Below, in pieces: positions 1 to 9,383 of a stretch of 64,000 nt of DNA; position 1 is the first letter of the stretch, and each line of letters starts with the position of its first letter. The stretch spans positions 21,395-85,394 of the forward strand of contig LFRS01000102.1 in the NCBI GenBank assembly GCA_001512435.1, written 5' to 3'. Under the pieces are notes generated by a model. That model searched no databases and was not told the origin of the DNA. It worked only from the letters and a program-made list of their open reading frames with translations. A program made the translations under genes and the position numbers. This DNA is from Halothermothrix sp. DTU029. Lineage in GTDB: Bacteria; Bacillota; Halanaerobiia; Halanaerobiales; DTU029.

Positions 1-27
1 GTAGATAAAGAAAAGGATCTGAAAAAA

Positions 28-1641
28 ATGTACGAAATTAGTGGTGAAAAATATAGGGATTTGCTTTTAGGTGCCTTGATGTGGCTTAAAGAGCAACAGT
101 CTTTTATAGACTCTTTGAATGTCTTTCCGGTACCTGATGGTGATACCGGGACCAATATGTATTTAACTTTCCTTGATGCTGTTAAGGCAGTTAAAAAACT
201 TGAGTCAAATGATGTTTCTGTAATCAATGAAGCCCTGGCCCGGGGTGCTTTAATGGGAGCAAGGGGAAATTCAGGTGTTATCTTGTCACAGTTAATTCGT
301 GGTTTTCAGGTAGCCAATAAAAAGAATAAGAACTTTAATACAGCTAATCTGGCTGAATCATTAAGAAAAGCTTCGGAGATAGCCTACCAGGGTGTTTTAA
401 AACCTGTAGAAGGTACTATCCTGACAGTATCCCGTAAAGCTGCTGATGGGGCTGAGATGGCTTTGAAAAAAAACCTGGATCTGGTAGGCATGTTGGAAAG
501 TACAATTGCCTATGCCCAGGATGCCCTGAATAAAACACCGGAAATGTTACCTGCTTTAAAGGAAGCAGGAGTTGTTGATGCTGGTGGCCAGGGATATCTG
601 ACTATTCTGGAGGGTATGCTAAAAGGCCTCCTTGGTGAGAAAGAATATAAGAGTAGTGAGCTGGAACTGGTTAAAGCAGGCAAAACAACAGTAGTAGCTC
701 AGGATTTGAAATATGTCTATTGTACTGAATTATTAATAGATCTAAAGGCCAGGGATAAAGGAATTAATGATATTAGAAGTGATCTGGAAAGCTATGGGGA
801 TTCCTTGTTGGTAGTGGGTACAGAGAATTTTGTGAAAGTACACATTCATACCAACCATCCTGGCATTATTCTTGAATATGGCCTTAAATTAGGTTCACTC
901 AGTGATATAAAAATTGACAATATGCAATTACAGAGTGCAGAAAAGATTGAAAAACAGGAAGAAAAGACCAGACAGGAATTTATGACCAAGAAAAAAGGCC
1001 TTATTGCTGTCGGACAGGGAGAGGGAATTAAGAAGATTTTTGAAGAACTGGGTGTAGATATAGTTATAAATGGAGGACAGTCCATGAACCCAAGTATTAA
1101 TGATTTTGTAACAGCTATTAATAATATCAATAGTATGGAAATCGTAATATTGCCCAATAATAAAAATATTATTTCTGCAGCAGAACAGGCTGCTTCTGTA
1201 ACAGAGAAAAAGATCGCCGTAATTCCTACCAGGTCTATCCCCCAGGCTATAGCCAGTTTGATGGCTTATGATGTAGATGCTGATTTAGATGAGCTAAAAG
1301 AAGCCATGACTGATGAAATAGATAATGTAAAAAGTATAGAGGTTACCAGGGCAGTGAAGGATTCCAAGGTTAATGGTAAGGAAATTAAAGCAGGGGATGT
1401 TATAGCTTTATTTAATGATGATATCAGGACTGTAGGGACTGATTATAATCAGGTAATCATTGATTTGATTAAGGATATATATGATGAGGAAGAACTGCTT
1501 ACCTTCTTTTATGGAGAGGATATCAGTGAAGAAGAAGCATTACAATTAAAGAAAGATCTGGAAGAGAATTTTGATTTTGAGAAAATTGAGATATATAGTG
1601 GCCAACAGCCCTTATATCCCTATATAATATCTCTTGAATAA
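28..1641 (+). CDS. DAK2/DhaL-like domain protein (YloV family)
   Basis: 537-aa ORF with the N-terminal Dak2 motif LNVFPVPDGDTGTNM. It sits upstream of degV-recG, as in the Bacillus ylo locus. Confidence 0.85.
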   Translation: MYEISGEKYRDLLLGALMWLKEQQSFIDSLNVFPVPDGDTGTNMYLTFLDAVKAVKKLESNDVSVINEALARGALMGARGNSGVILSQLIRGFQVANKKNKNFNTANLAESLRKASEIAYQGVLKPVEGTILTVSRKAADGAEMALKKNLDLVGMLESTIAYAQDALNKTPEMLPALKEAGVVDAGGQGYLTILEGMLKGLLGEKEYKSSELELVKAGKTTVVAQDLKYVYCTELLIDLKARDKGINDIRSDLESYGDSLLVVGTENFVKVHIHTNHPGIILEYGLKLGSLSDIKIDNMQLQSAEKIEKQEEKTRQEFMTKKKGLIAVGQGEGIKKIFEELGVDIVINGGQSMNPSINDFVTAINNINSMEIVILPNNKNIISAAEQAASVTEKKIAVIPTRSIPQAIASLMAYDVDADLDELKEAMTDEIDNVKSIEVTRAVKDSKVNGKEIKAGDVIALFNDDIRTVGTDYNQVIIDLIKDIYDEEELLTFFYGEDISEEEALQLKKDLEENFDFEKIEIYSGQQPLYPYIISLE

Positions 1642-1663
1642 AAAACAACATAGAGGTGCAAAA

Positions 1664-2542
1664 ATGAGAATAGGAATAGTCACTGATAGTACCTGTGATC
1701 TGGATTCTGCTATTTTTAAAAAATACGAAATAGAGATGGTGCCTTTAACGATAAATTTTACTGAAGAAGAAGTATACAGAGATAATTTGGATATTACCAA
1801 TGAGGATTTTTTTGCCAAATTAGTAGAAGTAGAAAAACTACCTACTACTTCACAACCAGCCATTGGTTGGTTTGTAGATAAATATAAAGAAATGGCAGAA
1901 AGATATGATGCAATTATCTCTATCCATCTGGCTGAAAGCTTAAGTGGGACCTGTCATTCGGCCCGGATGGCAGCAAATCAACTTGAGGATATTAAGATAG
2001 AAATTATTGATTCAGCCTCAGCCAGCCTGGGAATAGGTTTCCAGGTACTCCTGGCCAGGCAGTTAATAGAGGAAGGCCTGGAATTGGCAGAGATTGTGGA
2101 ACGGGTTAAAGAAATGCAGAATAATATCAAAATATTTTTTACTGTTAATGATTTGAGCTATCTGGAGAAAGGTGGCCGTATAGGCAAAGCCAGTGCTTTC
2201 CTTGGTTCTATATTGAATTTTTATCCCATTTTAAATATTTCTGAAAAAAATGGAGAGATTTTGCCTATTGAAAAAATCAGGGGAAAGATGAAAATTGTTA
2301 AAAGAATGCTGGAATTAGCGAAAGAGGAAATAGATGGCCTGGAAGAAGTGAGTCTAGGCTTTATTCATGCCAGTGAATTAGAGTATTTTGCACCCTTTAA
2401 GGCCGAATTGCTGGATTATGTGGAGAAGAAGGGGATAGCTTATACTGAAAGTACCAATTGGATCAGCTCTGTTATTGGCTGTCATACTGGCCCAACAGTT
2501 TATGGTGTAGTTATTTTTAAAGGGGTAAAATTAAATCTATGA
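1664..2542 (+). CDS. DegV family fatty-acid-binding protein
   Basis: The sequence MRIGIVTDSTCDL... is a typical DegV N-terminus. I chose the ATG at 1664 (SD AGAGGTG 5 nt upstream) over the track start at 1634. Confidence 0.85.
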   Translation: MRIGIVTDSTCDLDSAIFKKYEIEMVPLTINFTEEEVYRDNLDITNEDFFAKLVEVEKLPTTSQPAIGWFVDKYKEMAERYDAIISIHLAESLSGTCHSARMAANQLEDIKIEIIDSASASLGIGFQVLLARQLIEEGLELAEIVERVKEMQNNIKIFFTVNDLSYLEKGGRIGKASAFLGSILNFYPILNISEKNGEILPIEKIRGKMKIVKRMLELAKEEIDGLEEVSLGFIHASELEYFAPFKAELLDYVEKKGIAYTESTNWISSVIGCHTGPTVYGVVIFKGVKLNL

Positions 2543-4587
2543 AAAAAGATTTACCAAAAAGCGTACAATTTGTAAAAGGAGTAGGTCCCCGCTTAGCTAA
2601 AGTCCTGGAAAAGATTAATATTTATACAGTGGAGGACTTACTATATTATTTTCCCCGGGAATATCAGGACAGGAGAAAACTGGCCCAGATTAGATATTTA
2701 AATTTGGGAGAATTGGTAACAATAGCAGGAGAGGTCCTGAAAGTTTCTGAAGAAAAACCCAGACCTGGCCTCAGTATCATGAAGGTTACTTTTACTGATG
2801 GTACAGATGTTATTAATGGAGTCTGGTTTAATCAGCCTTTTTTGAAAAAGACTTTTAAAAAAGGACAAAGGTATTTTCTCAGTGGTGAGTTAAATGAGAA
2901 AAGCTGGCGGTTTGGGAAAAAAGAACTTTATAATCCTGTTTATGAGCTGGTAGATGAGGGGGAAAATATACATACTGGCCGGATAGTGCCTATTTATTCT
3001 TTAACCAGTGGGATAACCCAGAAAAGATTAAGGCAGATTATTTATAATGCCCTGGAAGAATATAGTGTTCATTTAACTGATCTGTTGCCGGAAAACCTTA
3101 AAAAAAAGTATGGTTTGCCAGATCTGGCAGATAGTATCTGGACCTTACATTTTCCTGGAGATAGGAAAGAATATATTAAAGCAAGGGTTAGACTGGCTTT
3201 TGAGGAACTGTTTTTATTACAATTACTGGTACTGCAAAGGAAGAAGGGTGTGCAGGAAAAAGGCGGTATTGTACACCGGGATTCTGGAAAGATAATAGAG
3301 GATTTTTTAGGCAGTTTATCCTTTAGCCTGACAGGAGCCCAGAAAAGAGTCTGGGCTGAGATCAAAAGAGATATGGAAAGGCCTGTTCCCATGCAACGCT
3401 TATTACAGGGAGATGTCGGATCAGGTAAAACCATTATTGCTACTCTGGCCCTGTTGAAGACTATGGCCAATGGTTATCAGGGTATTTTTATGGCCCCGAC
3501 AGAAATCCTGGCTGAACAACACTATCTGAAGTTAAGTGAGCTTTTAAGGGAGACAGGCTTCACTATTAAGCTATTACTGGGGAGCACAAGCCCTGTCGAC
3601 CGGAAAAAAATCCTGGCAGATATTGCGGATAACCGGGCTAACCTGATTATTGGTACCCATACCCTCTTTCAGGAAGGGATAACTTATTATAAGCCTGGTT
3701 TAATAGTCATTGATGAACAACACCGCTTTGGTGTGGAGCAACGTTTTAGACTGGTAGAAAAGGGGGAAAACCCTGATCTCCTGGTGATGACTGCTACACC
3801 AATCCCCAGAACTCTGGCTTTAACTGTCTATGGAGACCTGGATTTATCAATAATTGATGAACTGCCACCAGGCCGTAGTCCAGTAATAACTAGCTGGAGG
3901 AATGAAGAATCCAGGATGGAAATCTATAGGTTTGTCAGGGAAAAGATTGCTGAAGGACAACAGGCCTATATTGTCTGTCCACTGATTGAACCCTCTGATG
4001 AACTTAAGGCAATTTCGGCCCAGGAGCTTTTTGAAGAATTGACGGAAAATATATTCCGGGATTTAAGGATTGGCCTCTTGCATGGCAGGGTTTCTACTGC
4101 TGAAAAGAATCAGGTAATGGAGGATTTCCGCAGAGGGGAATTAGATATCCTGGTTTCAACAACTGTGATTGAGGTAGGGGTTGATGTACCTAATGCCTCA
4201 ATTATGATAATAGAAAATGCGGAGAGGTTTGGCCTGGCTCAATTACATCAGTTACGGGGAAGAGTTGGGAGAGGCAGTCAGCAATCCTATTGTTTTTTAA
4301 TAGGTAATCCTGGTACAGAGGAAGGTAGGAAACGCCTTTCTGTAATGACTGAAACCAATGATGGATTTATAATTGCCGAGAAGGATCTGGAGATTCGTGG
4401 CCCGGGTGAGTTTTTTGGTACAAAACAGTCCGGTATGCCTGATCTGAAAGTAGCCAATATTTTAAAAGATCATAAATTAATTAAGTTAGCCAGGGAAGAA
4501 GCGGAAAATATAATCAAGATTGATAATTGGCAGAGTATTTATAATGAATTATATAAAAAAATAAATGCCCTGGACTTGAAGGTATAA
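2539..4587 (+). CDS. recG: ATP-dependent DNA helicase RecG
   Basis: 682 aa with Walker A GDVGSGKT, DEQHRFG and helicase C motifs. An ATGA overlap couples it to degV. Confidence 0.95.
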   Translation: MKKDLPKSVQFVKGVGPRLAKVLEKINIYTVEDLLYYFPREYQDRRKLAQIRYLNLGELVTIAGEVLKVSEEKPRPGLSIMKVTFTDGTDVINGVWFNQPFLKKTFKKGQRYFLSGELNEKSWRFGKKELYNPVYELVDEGENIHTGRIVPIYSLTSGITQKRLRQIIYNALEEYSVHLTDLLPENLKKKYGLPDLADSIWTLHFPGDRKEYIKARVRLAFEELFLLQLLVLQRKKGVQEKGGIVHRDSGKIIEDFLGSLSFSLTGAQKRVWAEIKRDMERPVPMQRLLQGDVGSGKTIIATLALLKTMANGYQGIFMAPTEILAEQHYLKLSELLRETGFTIKLLLGSTSPVDRKKILADIADNRANLIIGTHTLFQEGITYYKPGLIVIDEQHRFGVEQRFRLVEKGENPDLLVMTATPIPRTLALTVYGDLDLSIIDELPPGRSPVITSWRNEESRMEIYRFVREKIAEGQQAYIVCPLIEPSDELKAISAQELFEELTENIFRDLRIGLLHGRVSTAEKNQVMEDFRRGELDILVSTTVIEVGVDVPNASIMIIENAERFGLAQLHQLRGRVGRGSQQSYCFLIGNPGTEEGRKRLSVMTETNDGFIIAEKDLEIRGPGEFFGTKQSGMPDLKVANILKDHKLIKLAREEAENIIKIDNWQSIYNELYKKINALDLKV

Positions 4588-4614
4588 ACTTTCTAAATTA
4601 TTTATAATAGAAAA

Positions 4615-4637
4615 GGGAGTTGACCAGGTCAACTCCC
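4615..4637 (+). other. Perfect 10-bp stem / 3-nt loop hairpin after recG, without a U-tract
   Basis: GGGAGTTGAC-cag-GTCAACTCCC lies 28 nt after the recG stop. It is followed by purine-rich sequence rather than a T run. Confidence 0.5.
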
Positions 4638-4816
4638 GGGGAGAGGAGAAATTGGAGGAAGAGTTTTTAATGGGGAGGACTTATTTTCTTACTCCTAAAT
4701 CCTCATCCCGAAACGGAACTATTAGTATTATCTCTAATTTTATATATAATATACATAAAATATTTTTTTTTAAAAAAAATAAGAATTAGATTACAGACAA
4801 GGATAAGTGGGTAAAG

Positions 4817-5362
4817 ATGCGAGTAATTGCTGGTGAGGCCAGGGGTAGAAGATTAAAATCCATAAAAGGTAGTTTAACCAGACCTACTTCTGACCGGATT
4901 AAAGAAGCCTTATTTAATATTCTGGCCCCATATTTGCCGGTAGAGAAAGGGCTGGACCTATTTGCTGGCTTTGGAGGCCTGGGAATTGAGGCCCTGAGTA
5001 GGGGAGTCAGGGAGATGACTTTTGTAGAAAAAGACTTAAAAACCTGCAGGGTCCTGGAAGAGAACCTGAATATAACCGGTTTTGCAAAAAGGGGCAGGAT
5101 TATAAAGGGAGATGTTCTTAGTTTTTTAAGAAAGGAAAAATCCACTTATGATCTGATCCTGATGGATCCCCCCTATCAGGAGGGATATGTAAATGAGGTC
5201 TTAAAACTGCTGATAAAGGGGGACCTGATTAGAGAAGCAGGGATAATTGTTGTCGAACATGAACGGGATTTAAAATTAGAGGAGATAGGAGATTTATCCT
5301 TAATAAATTATAAAAGATATGATGATACGGCTTTAAGTCTTTTCAGAAAAGGAGGGCAATAG
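4817..5362 (+). CDS. rsmD: 16S rRNA (guanine966-N2)-methyltransferase RsmD
   Basis: MRVIAGEARGRRL N-terminus and DPPY motif. It lies directly upstream of coaD, a conserved pairing. Confidence 0.85.
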   Translation: MRVIAGEARGRRLKSIKGSLTRPTSDRIKEALFNILAPYLPVEKGLDLFAGFGGLGIEALSRGVREMTFVEKDLKTCRVLEENLNITGFAKRGRIIKGDVLSFLRKEKSTYDLILMDPPYQEGYVNEVLKLLIKGDLIREAGIIVVEHERDLKLEEIGDLSLINYKRYDDTALSLFRKGGQ

Positions 5363-5845
5363 ATGCAGCAGATAGTTGTTTATCCAGGGAGTTTTGATCC
5401 TGTTACCAATGGTCATTTAGATATTATTAAAAGGTCAGCACAAATATTTGATCAGGTTATAGTGGCTGTTTTCAAAAATCCACAAAAACAACCCCTCTTT
5501 ACTATGGAGGAAAGGGTAGACCTGTTAAAAGAGGTTACTAAAGAACTGGACAATGTCAGTGTTGATTCTTTTTCTGGTTTAACTATGGATTATGTCAGAT
5601 CGAAAAAGGCCATAGCCATTATTAGAGGCTTGAGGGCTGTTTCTGATTTTGAAGGTGAATTTCAGATGGCCTTATTGAATAAAGAGTTAAATAGGGAAGT
5701 GGAAACTATTTTCTTTATGACCGATATTAAATATGCTTATTTAAGTTCCAGTGCTGTGAAGGAAGTTGCTCAATTTGGGGGAAATATAGATGGCCTGGTC
5801 CCGGACCTGGTTAAAAAAGCCTTAAAAGAAAAATATGCCTTATAA
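5363..5845 (+). CDS. coaD: Phosphopantetheine adenylyltransferase
   Basis: 160 aa with [14 protein letters not shown] (the HxGH nucleotidyltransferase motif). Confidence 0.95.
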   Translation: MQQIVVYPGSFDPVTNGHLDIIKRSAQIFDQVIVAVFKNPQKQPLFTMEERVDLLKEVTKELDNVSVDSFSGLTMDYVRSKKAIAIIRGLRAVSDFEGEFQMALLNKELNREVETIFFMTDIKYAYLSSSAVKEVAQFGGNIDGLVPDLVKKALKEKYAL

Positions 5846-5886
5846 TAAGGCAAATATATTTACTGAACTTTATTTTACTTCCAAAG

Positions 5887-5920
5887 TAGACAGTCTAATT
5901 AGTTAAAATTAGACTATCTA
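5887..5920. terminator. Bidirectional terminator-like hairpin between convergent coaD and ylbJ
   Basis: TAGACAGTCTAATT-agttaa-AATTAGACTATCTA forms a 14-bp stem with one mismatch. T-rich sequence follows on the + strand. Confidence 0.5.
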
Positions 5921-5950
5921 TTTGGAGGTGTTTTTTTATTAAAAAAGCTT

Positions 5951-7174
5951 TCAGGAATGGTAGAAGAAGATGATTTTTATCTTTCTCAATAAATAGATGC
6001 TAAGGGAGAGGATAAGAGAGATAGATAATAAAAGCAGGAAGAATAATAGGGCTAGAGAAAATACATTTACAGGACTACTGCCTTTCAGGATGGGCAGGAA
6101 GGTTGTTTCTGCCAGGGAACTAAATCTAAAGAACTGTATGGTGAGAAATCCAGCAATTATGCTCTGCAATATTCTGGCCATAATGAAAGGTTTTATCCTT
6201 AGGTCAGTGCCATTTATTACTGTAGCGATCTGTGCATGGACCGATAAGCCACTCCAGGCAATCAAAATATTGGTCATGATCAGTTGGTGGAGTAAAGGAG
6301 CCTGAGCCTGGCTGACCAGATTGGCCCCATTGGTTACTTCAAAAATACCACTGATTAAAGGCAAGATAAGGGTTTCACTGATGCCAAAGGGTTTCAGTAC
6401 CAGCATCAATAAACGGCCAATGGTATTTACCAGCCCGGTTACAATAAAAATTCTTGTCAGGACTGAAAAGAGGATAATAAAGCCTCCAACCATCAGGATA
6501 GTATTAATAGCTTCCTTAATAGAGTCGCCTAATAATTGACCAATATCCCGGCCATCTTTTCTACGGGCATCGATTAATTCATTTACTGCCCTGGAGAAGA
6601 TGTTTTTTCTCTGTCCTACTCCATTACTGGAATCCAGGATACCAGTACTGGATTCTTCTCCCCGGTAAAAACGGAGGAGGATTCCCACCAGGATACTGGA
6701 AATATAATGGGTGGCAGCGATAATCAGGCCCAGGTCAGCCCGGCGAAACATACCTACTGCAATTGCTCCCAGCATAAAGGAAGGATTGGCAGTACAGGTA
6801 AAGGAAAGGAGTCTTTCAGCTTCTGTTTTAGTACATAGTTTTTTTCTCCTCAGGTTACTGGTTATTTTGGCCCCTATGGGGTAGCCGGAAGCCAGACCCA
6901 TGGCTAAGGCAAAGGAACCAACACCAGGCACTTTAAATACTGGCCGCATTAAGGGTTCCAGTAAAACACCTAAAAAATGTACAACTCCCAGGCCCATTAA
7001 TATTTCCGCTATCACAAAAAAGGGCAGGAGAGAAGGAAAGACTATTTCCCACCAGACCCTTAAGCCTTCCAGGGCTGCAGCAAAGGCTTCTTCAGAGAAA
7101 ATAATAATAAAGACTGTAATAGATAAGGCAAGGATAGCAGCTATGAGATATTTGTTTTCCTGTTTACTATACAT
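5951..7174 (-). CDS. ylbJ: Sporulation integral membrane protein YlbJ
   Basis: 407-aa polytopic membrane protein with nucleoside-recognition-like repeats. It lies next to coaD, as in Bacillus. Confidence 0.75.
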   Translation of the reverse strand: MYSKQENKYLIAAILALSITVFIIIFSEEAFAAALEGLRVWWEIVFPSLLPFFVIAEILMGLGVVHFLGVLLEPLMRPVFKVPGVGSFALAMGLASGYPIGAKITSNLRRKKLCTKTEAERLLSFTCTANPSFMLGAIAVGMFRRADLGLIIAATHYISSILVGILLRFYRGEESSTGILDSSNGVGQRKNIFSRAVNELIDARRKDGRDIGQLLGDSIKEAINTILMVGGFIILFSVLTRIFIVTGLVNTIGRLLMLVLKPFGISETLILPLISGIFEVTNGANLVSQAQAPLLHQLIMTNILIAWSGLSVHAQIATVINGTDLRIKPFIMARILQSIIAGFLTIQFFRFSSLAETTFLPILKGSSPVNVFSLALLFFLLLLSISLILSLSIYLLRKIKIIFFYHS

Positions 7175-7382
7175 TGTTTTACCTCCTTTTATATAATAGA
7201 TATTGTCTTGTACTATATTTTATAACCAGGCATATTTTCTTCTCCTTCTTTATGTTCTTCTGGAAGGATTGGTTGAGTGTATTTTCTTCTCTGCTTTTAG
7301 ACTTGATTTATAAGGAGCCTTGACTATTATGTATAATCATGTTATCTTATGTATAAAAATATAATTTACAGGAGGTTTTATT

Positions 7383-8687
7383 TTGGCTAAGGTATATCCC
7401 TTTAGAGGCTATCGGTATAATGTTGCAAAGGTAAAAGATTTAAATAAAGTGGTAACTCAACCCTATGATCGGATTGACCCTGCTGATCAGGAAAGGTATT
7501 ATCAGGCCAGTGAATATAATATTGTCAGGTTAATCTTAAATAAAGGTGAAGCTGGCAAGGATAGGTATGAAGCAGCAGCAGATTATTTAGAAAAATGGCT
7601 GGCTGAAGAGGTTTTGCTTCAGGATGAAGAGCCTTCCTTTTATGTCTATTGGCAGGAATATGAGGTAGAGGGAATAAAGAAAGTGCGGAAAGGCTTTGTA
7701 GGTATGGGTAAATTAGAAGGTGAGGAAACAGTCAAAGCCCATGAAAATACCCTTGATGCCCCAAAAGCAGATCGCCTGAAATTAATGCAGGCAACAGAAG
7801 CAAATTTTGGCCATATTTTTATGCTTTATTCAGACCAGGAACAGCGGATAATAAGTTTACTGGATAAGGCCATTCAGGATCGGGAGCCTGCTGTAGAGGT
7901 AAATGATGAAGATGGGAATATACATAAATTATGGCAGATAAGTGATCCGGCAATCCTGGAGGCAATTCAGGAGGAAATGGATGATAAAATCCTCTATATT
8001 GCTGATGGGCATCACCGCTATCAGACCGCTGTGAATTTCAGGAATGAGTGTCTGGAAAAGGGCTGGAAATCCATCGGAGCAGAAGGTTTCGAAAATCGCT
8101 TGATGACTTTTGTTAATATAGATGATCCAGGAATCAGTATTCTGGCTACCCATCGTTTAGTTTATGGACTGGCTGATTTTGACCTGGAGAGCCTGCTGGC
8201 AGCAGCGGCAAGTAATTTTATTATCAAAAAATTTAACTCTGTCGCTGAATTATATCAGGACCTGGATGAAAGTCAGGATAAATTACATACTATTGGTTTA
8301 AAGGCCAAAAAGGATCCTGCCTATTATTCCCTGACCTTGAAAGATACTTCTATTATGGAAGAAGTGCTGGCAGATCGTTCTAAGGCCTGGAGGGAACTGG
8401 ATGTAGTGATCCTGCATAAGTTAATCCTGGAAAGATATCTTGGTATAGATGAAAAAGCCCTGGCAGAAAATAAAAATATAGATTATATCCGTTACCGGGA
8501 CAAAGCCCTGGAACTACTGGAAAAGGGGGAGAAGGAGTATCAGGCTGCCTTTCTCCTTAATCCTACTCCCATTGAAGACCTTAAAAAAATTGCTGATGCT
8601 GGAGAAAGGATGCCCCAGAAATCTACGGATTTTTATCCTAAACTCTTAACAGGACTGGTTTTAAATAAACTTAATATAGAGAAATAA
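7383..8687 (+). CDS. DUF1015 family protein
   Basis: 434 aa. The N-terminus (M)AKVYPFRGYRYN and the IADGHHRY motif are typical of DUF1015. It has a TTG start with SD AGGAGG. Confidence 0.8.
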   Translation: MAKVYPFRGYRYNVAKVKDLNKVVTQPYDRIDPADQERYYQASEYNIVRLILNKGEAGKDRYEAAADYLEKWLAEEVLLQDEEPSFYVYWQEYEVEGIKKVRKGFVGMGKLEGEETVKAHENTLDAPKADRLKLMQATEANFGHIFMLYSDQEQRIISLLDKAIQDREPAVEVNDEDGNIHKLWQISDPAILEAIQEEMDDKILYIADGHHRYQTAVNFRNECLEKGWKSIGAEGFENRLMTFVNIDDPGISILATHRLVYGLADFDLESLLAAAASNFIIKKFNSVAELYQDLDESQDKLHTIGLKAKKDPAYYSLTLKDTSIMEEVLADRSKAWRELDVVILHKLILERYLGIDEKALAENKNIDYIRYRDKALELLEKGEKEYQAAFLLNPTPIEDLKKIADAGERMPQKSTDFYPKLLTGLVLNKLNIEK

Positions 8688-8789
8688 AGTCCCTTAAAAT
8701 AAATTTAATAACTGGGAATAAGGGTATGAAAACAAGACTTCTGGTTATAATATAGGGTAAAATCAATATGCCAGAAGGGGTTGTTATCG

Positions 8790-9284
8790 ATGAATAGGCT
8801 TATGGATCCTGTTGAGTTGAAAGAACATATCCGGGAATTTTTAAAGGAGCATCGACAGGCTTCCCTGGCTACCTGTTTAAATAATATTCCTCGCAGTAGT
8901 CCAGTCCAGTATTTTCTGGGGGCTGACCTGGATATATATATTATTTCAGCCGGTGGAGAGAAGTTTAAGGCTATTGCAGAAAATCCTACTGTTTGTTTAC
9001 TGGTTAATACAGAATATATTAATTATCGCCGGATCAAGGGTGTACAGGTCTTTGGAAAGGCTAAATCCAGTACAGGGGATGCTTTTTTAATCGATGAAGC
9101 GAAGATTTATGCTCCTGACCCCTATCTCCTGGAATATGGAGGAGAAGAATTAAAGGTGATTAAGATCCGCCCCTATGAAATTGTTTATCTGAATTCTTTA
9201 GAAAAGGGAGATCGGACTAAACAAATACTGAAGCTAAATACTGTTGAGCTAAAAGAAGAAGAGAAATACGCCATAAAGCATTAA
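8790..9284 (+). CDS. Pyridoxamine 5'-phosphate oxidase-like FMN-binding protein
   Basis: About 164 aa with a split-barrel-like pattern (ASLATC...SPVQY...NPTVCLLV). I chose the ATG at 8790 with an upstream GAAGGGG. Confidence 0.5.
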   Translation: MNRLMDPVELKEHIREFLKEHRQASLATCLNNIPRSSPVQYFLGADLDIYIISAGGEKFKAIAENPTVCLLVNTEYINYRRIKGVQVFGKAKSSTGDAFLIDEAKIYAPDPYLLEYGGEELKVIKIRPYEIVYLNSLEKGDRTKQILKLNTVELKEEEKYAIKH

Positions 9285-9306
9285 GGCTTTATGGTGTTTT
9301 TTTTGC

Positions 9307-9335
9307 TTGCCAACAGAACAAATGTATGGTAAAAT
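9307..9335 (+). promoter_or_regulatory. Sigma-A type promoter for the Y-family polymerase gene
   Basis: TTGCCA (9307-9312), a 17-nt spacer, then TAAAAT (9330-9335) preceded by TGg (extended -10). Confidence 0.55.
9316..9327. promoter_or_regulatory. Candidate LexA (Cheo-type) box inside the promoter spacer
   Basis: GAAC-AAAT-GTAT compared with the Gram-positive consensus GAAC-N4-GTTC, with 2 mismatches in the right half. Confidence 0.3.
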
Positions 9336-9343
9336 ACAGCTAA

Positions 9344-9359
9344 ACAAACAGGTGTTTGT
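9344..9359. promoter_or_regulatory. Perfect palindrome downstream of the -10 (candidate operator)
   Basis: ACAAAC-AGGT-GTTTGT lies 9 nt after the -10 hexamer and 25 nt before the start codon. Confidence 0.35.
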
Positions 9360-9383
9360 AAATAAAAATTGGGGTGTTCTGTT

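Noticed and set aside
4763-4779. T9A8 tract, with a similar T7A9 tract at 43243-43258
   Set aside because: Homopolymer palindromes are common in AT-rich spacers as UP-element-like sequence or bent DNA. Two occurrences with no shared flanks do not support a specific element.
4670-4789. 39-aa ORF (MGRTYFLTPKSS...) in the recG-rsmD spacer
   Set aside because: SD spacing is poor (about 11 nt). The product is low-complexity and runs through a T9A8 tract. It is more likely non-coding.
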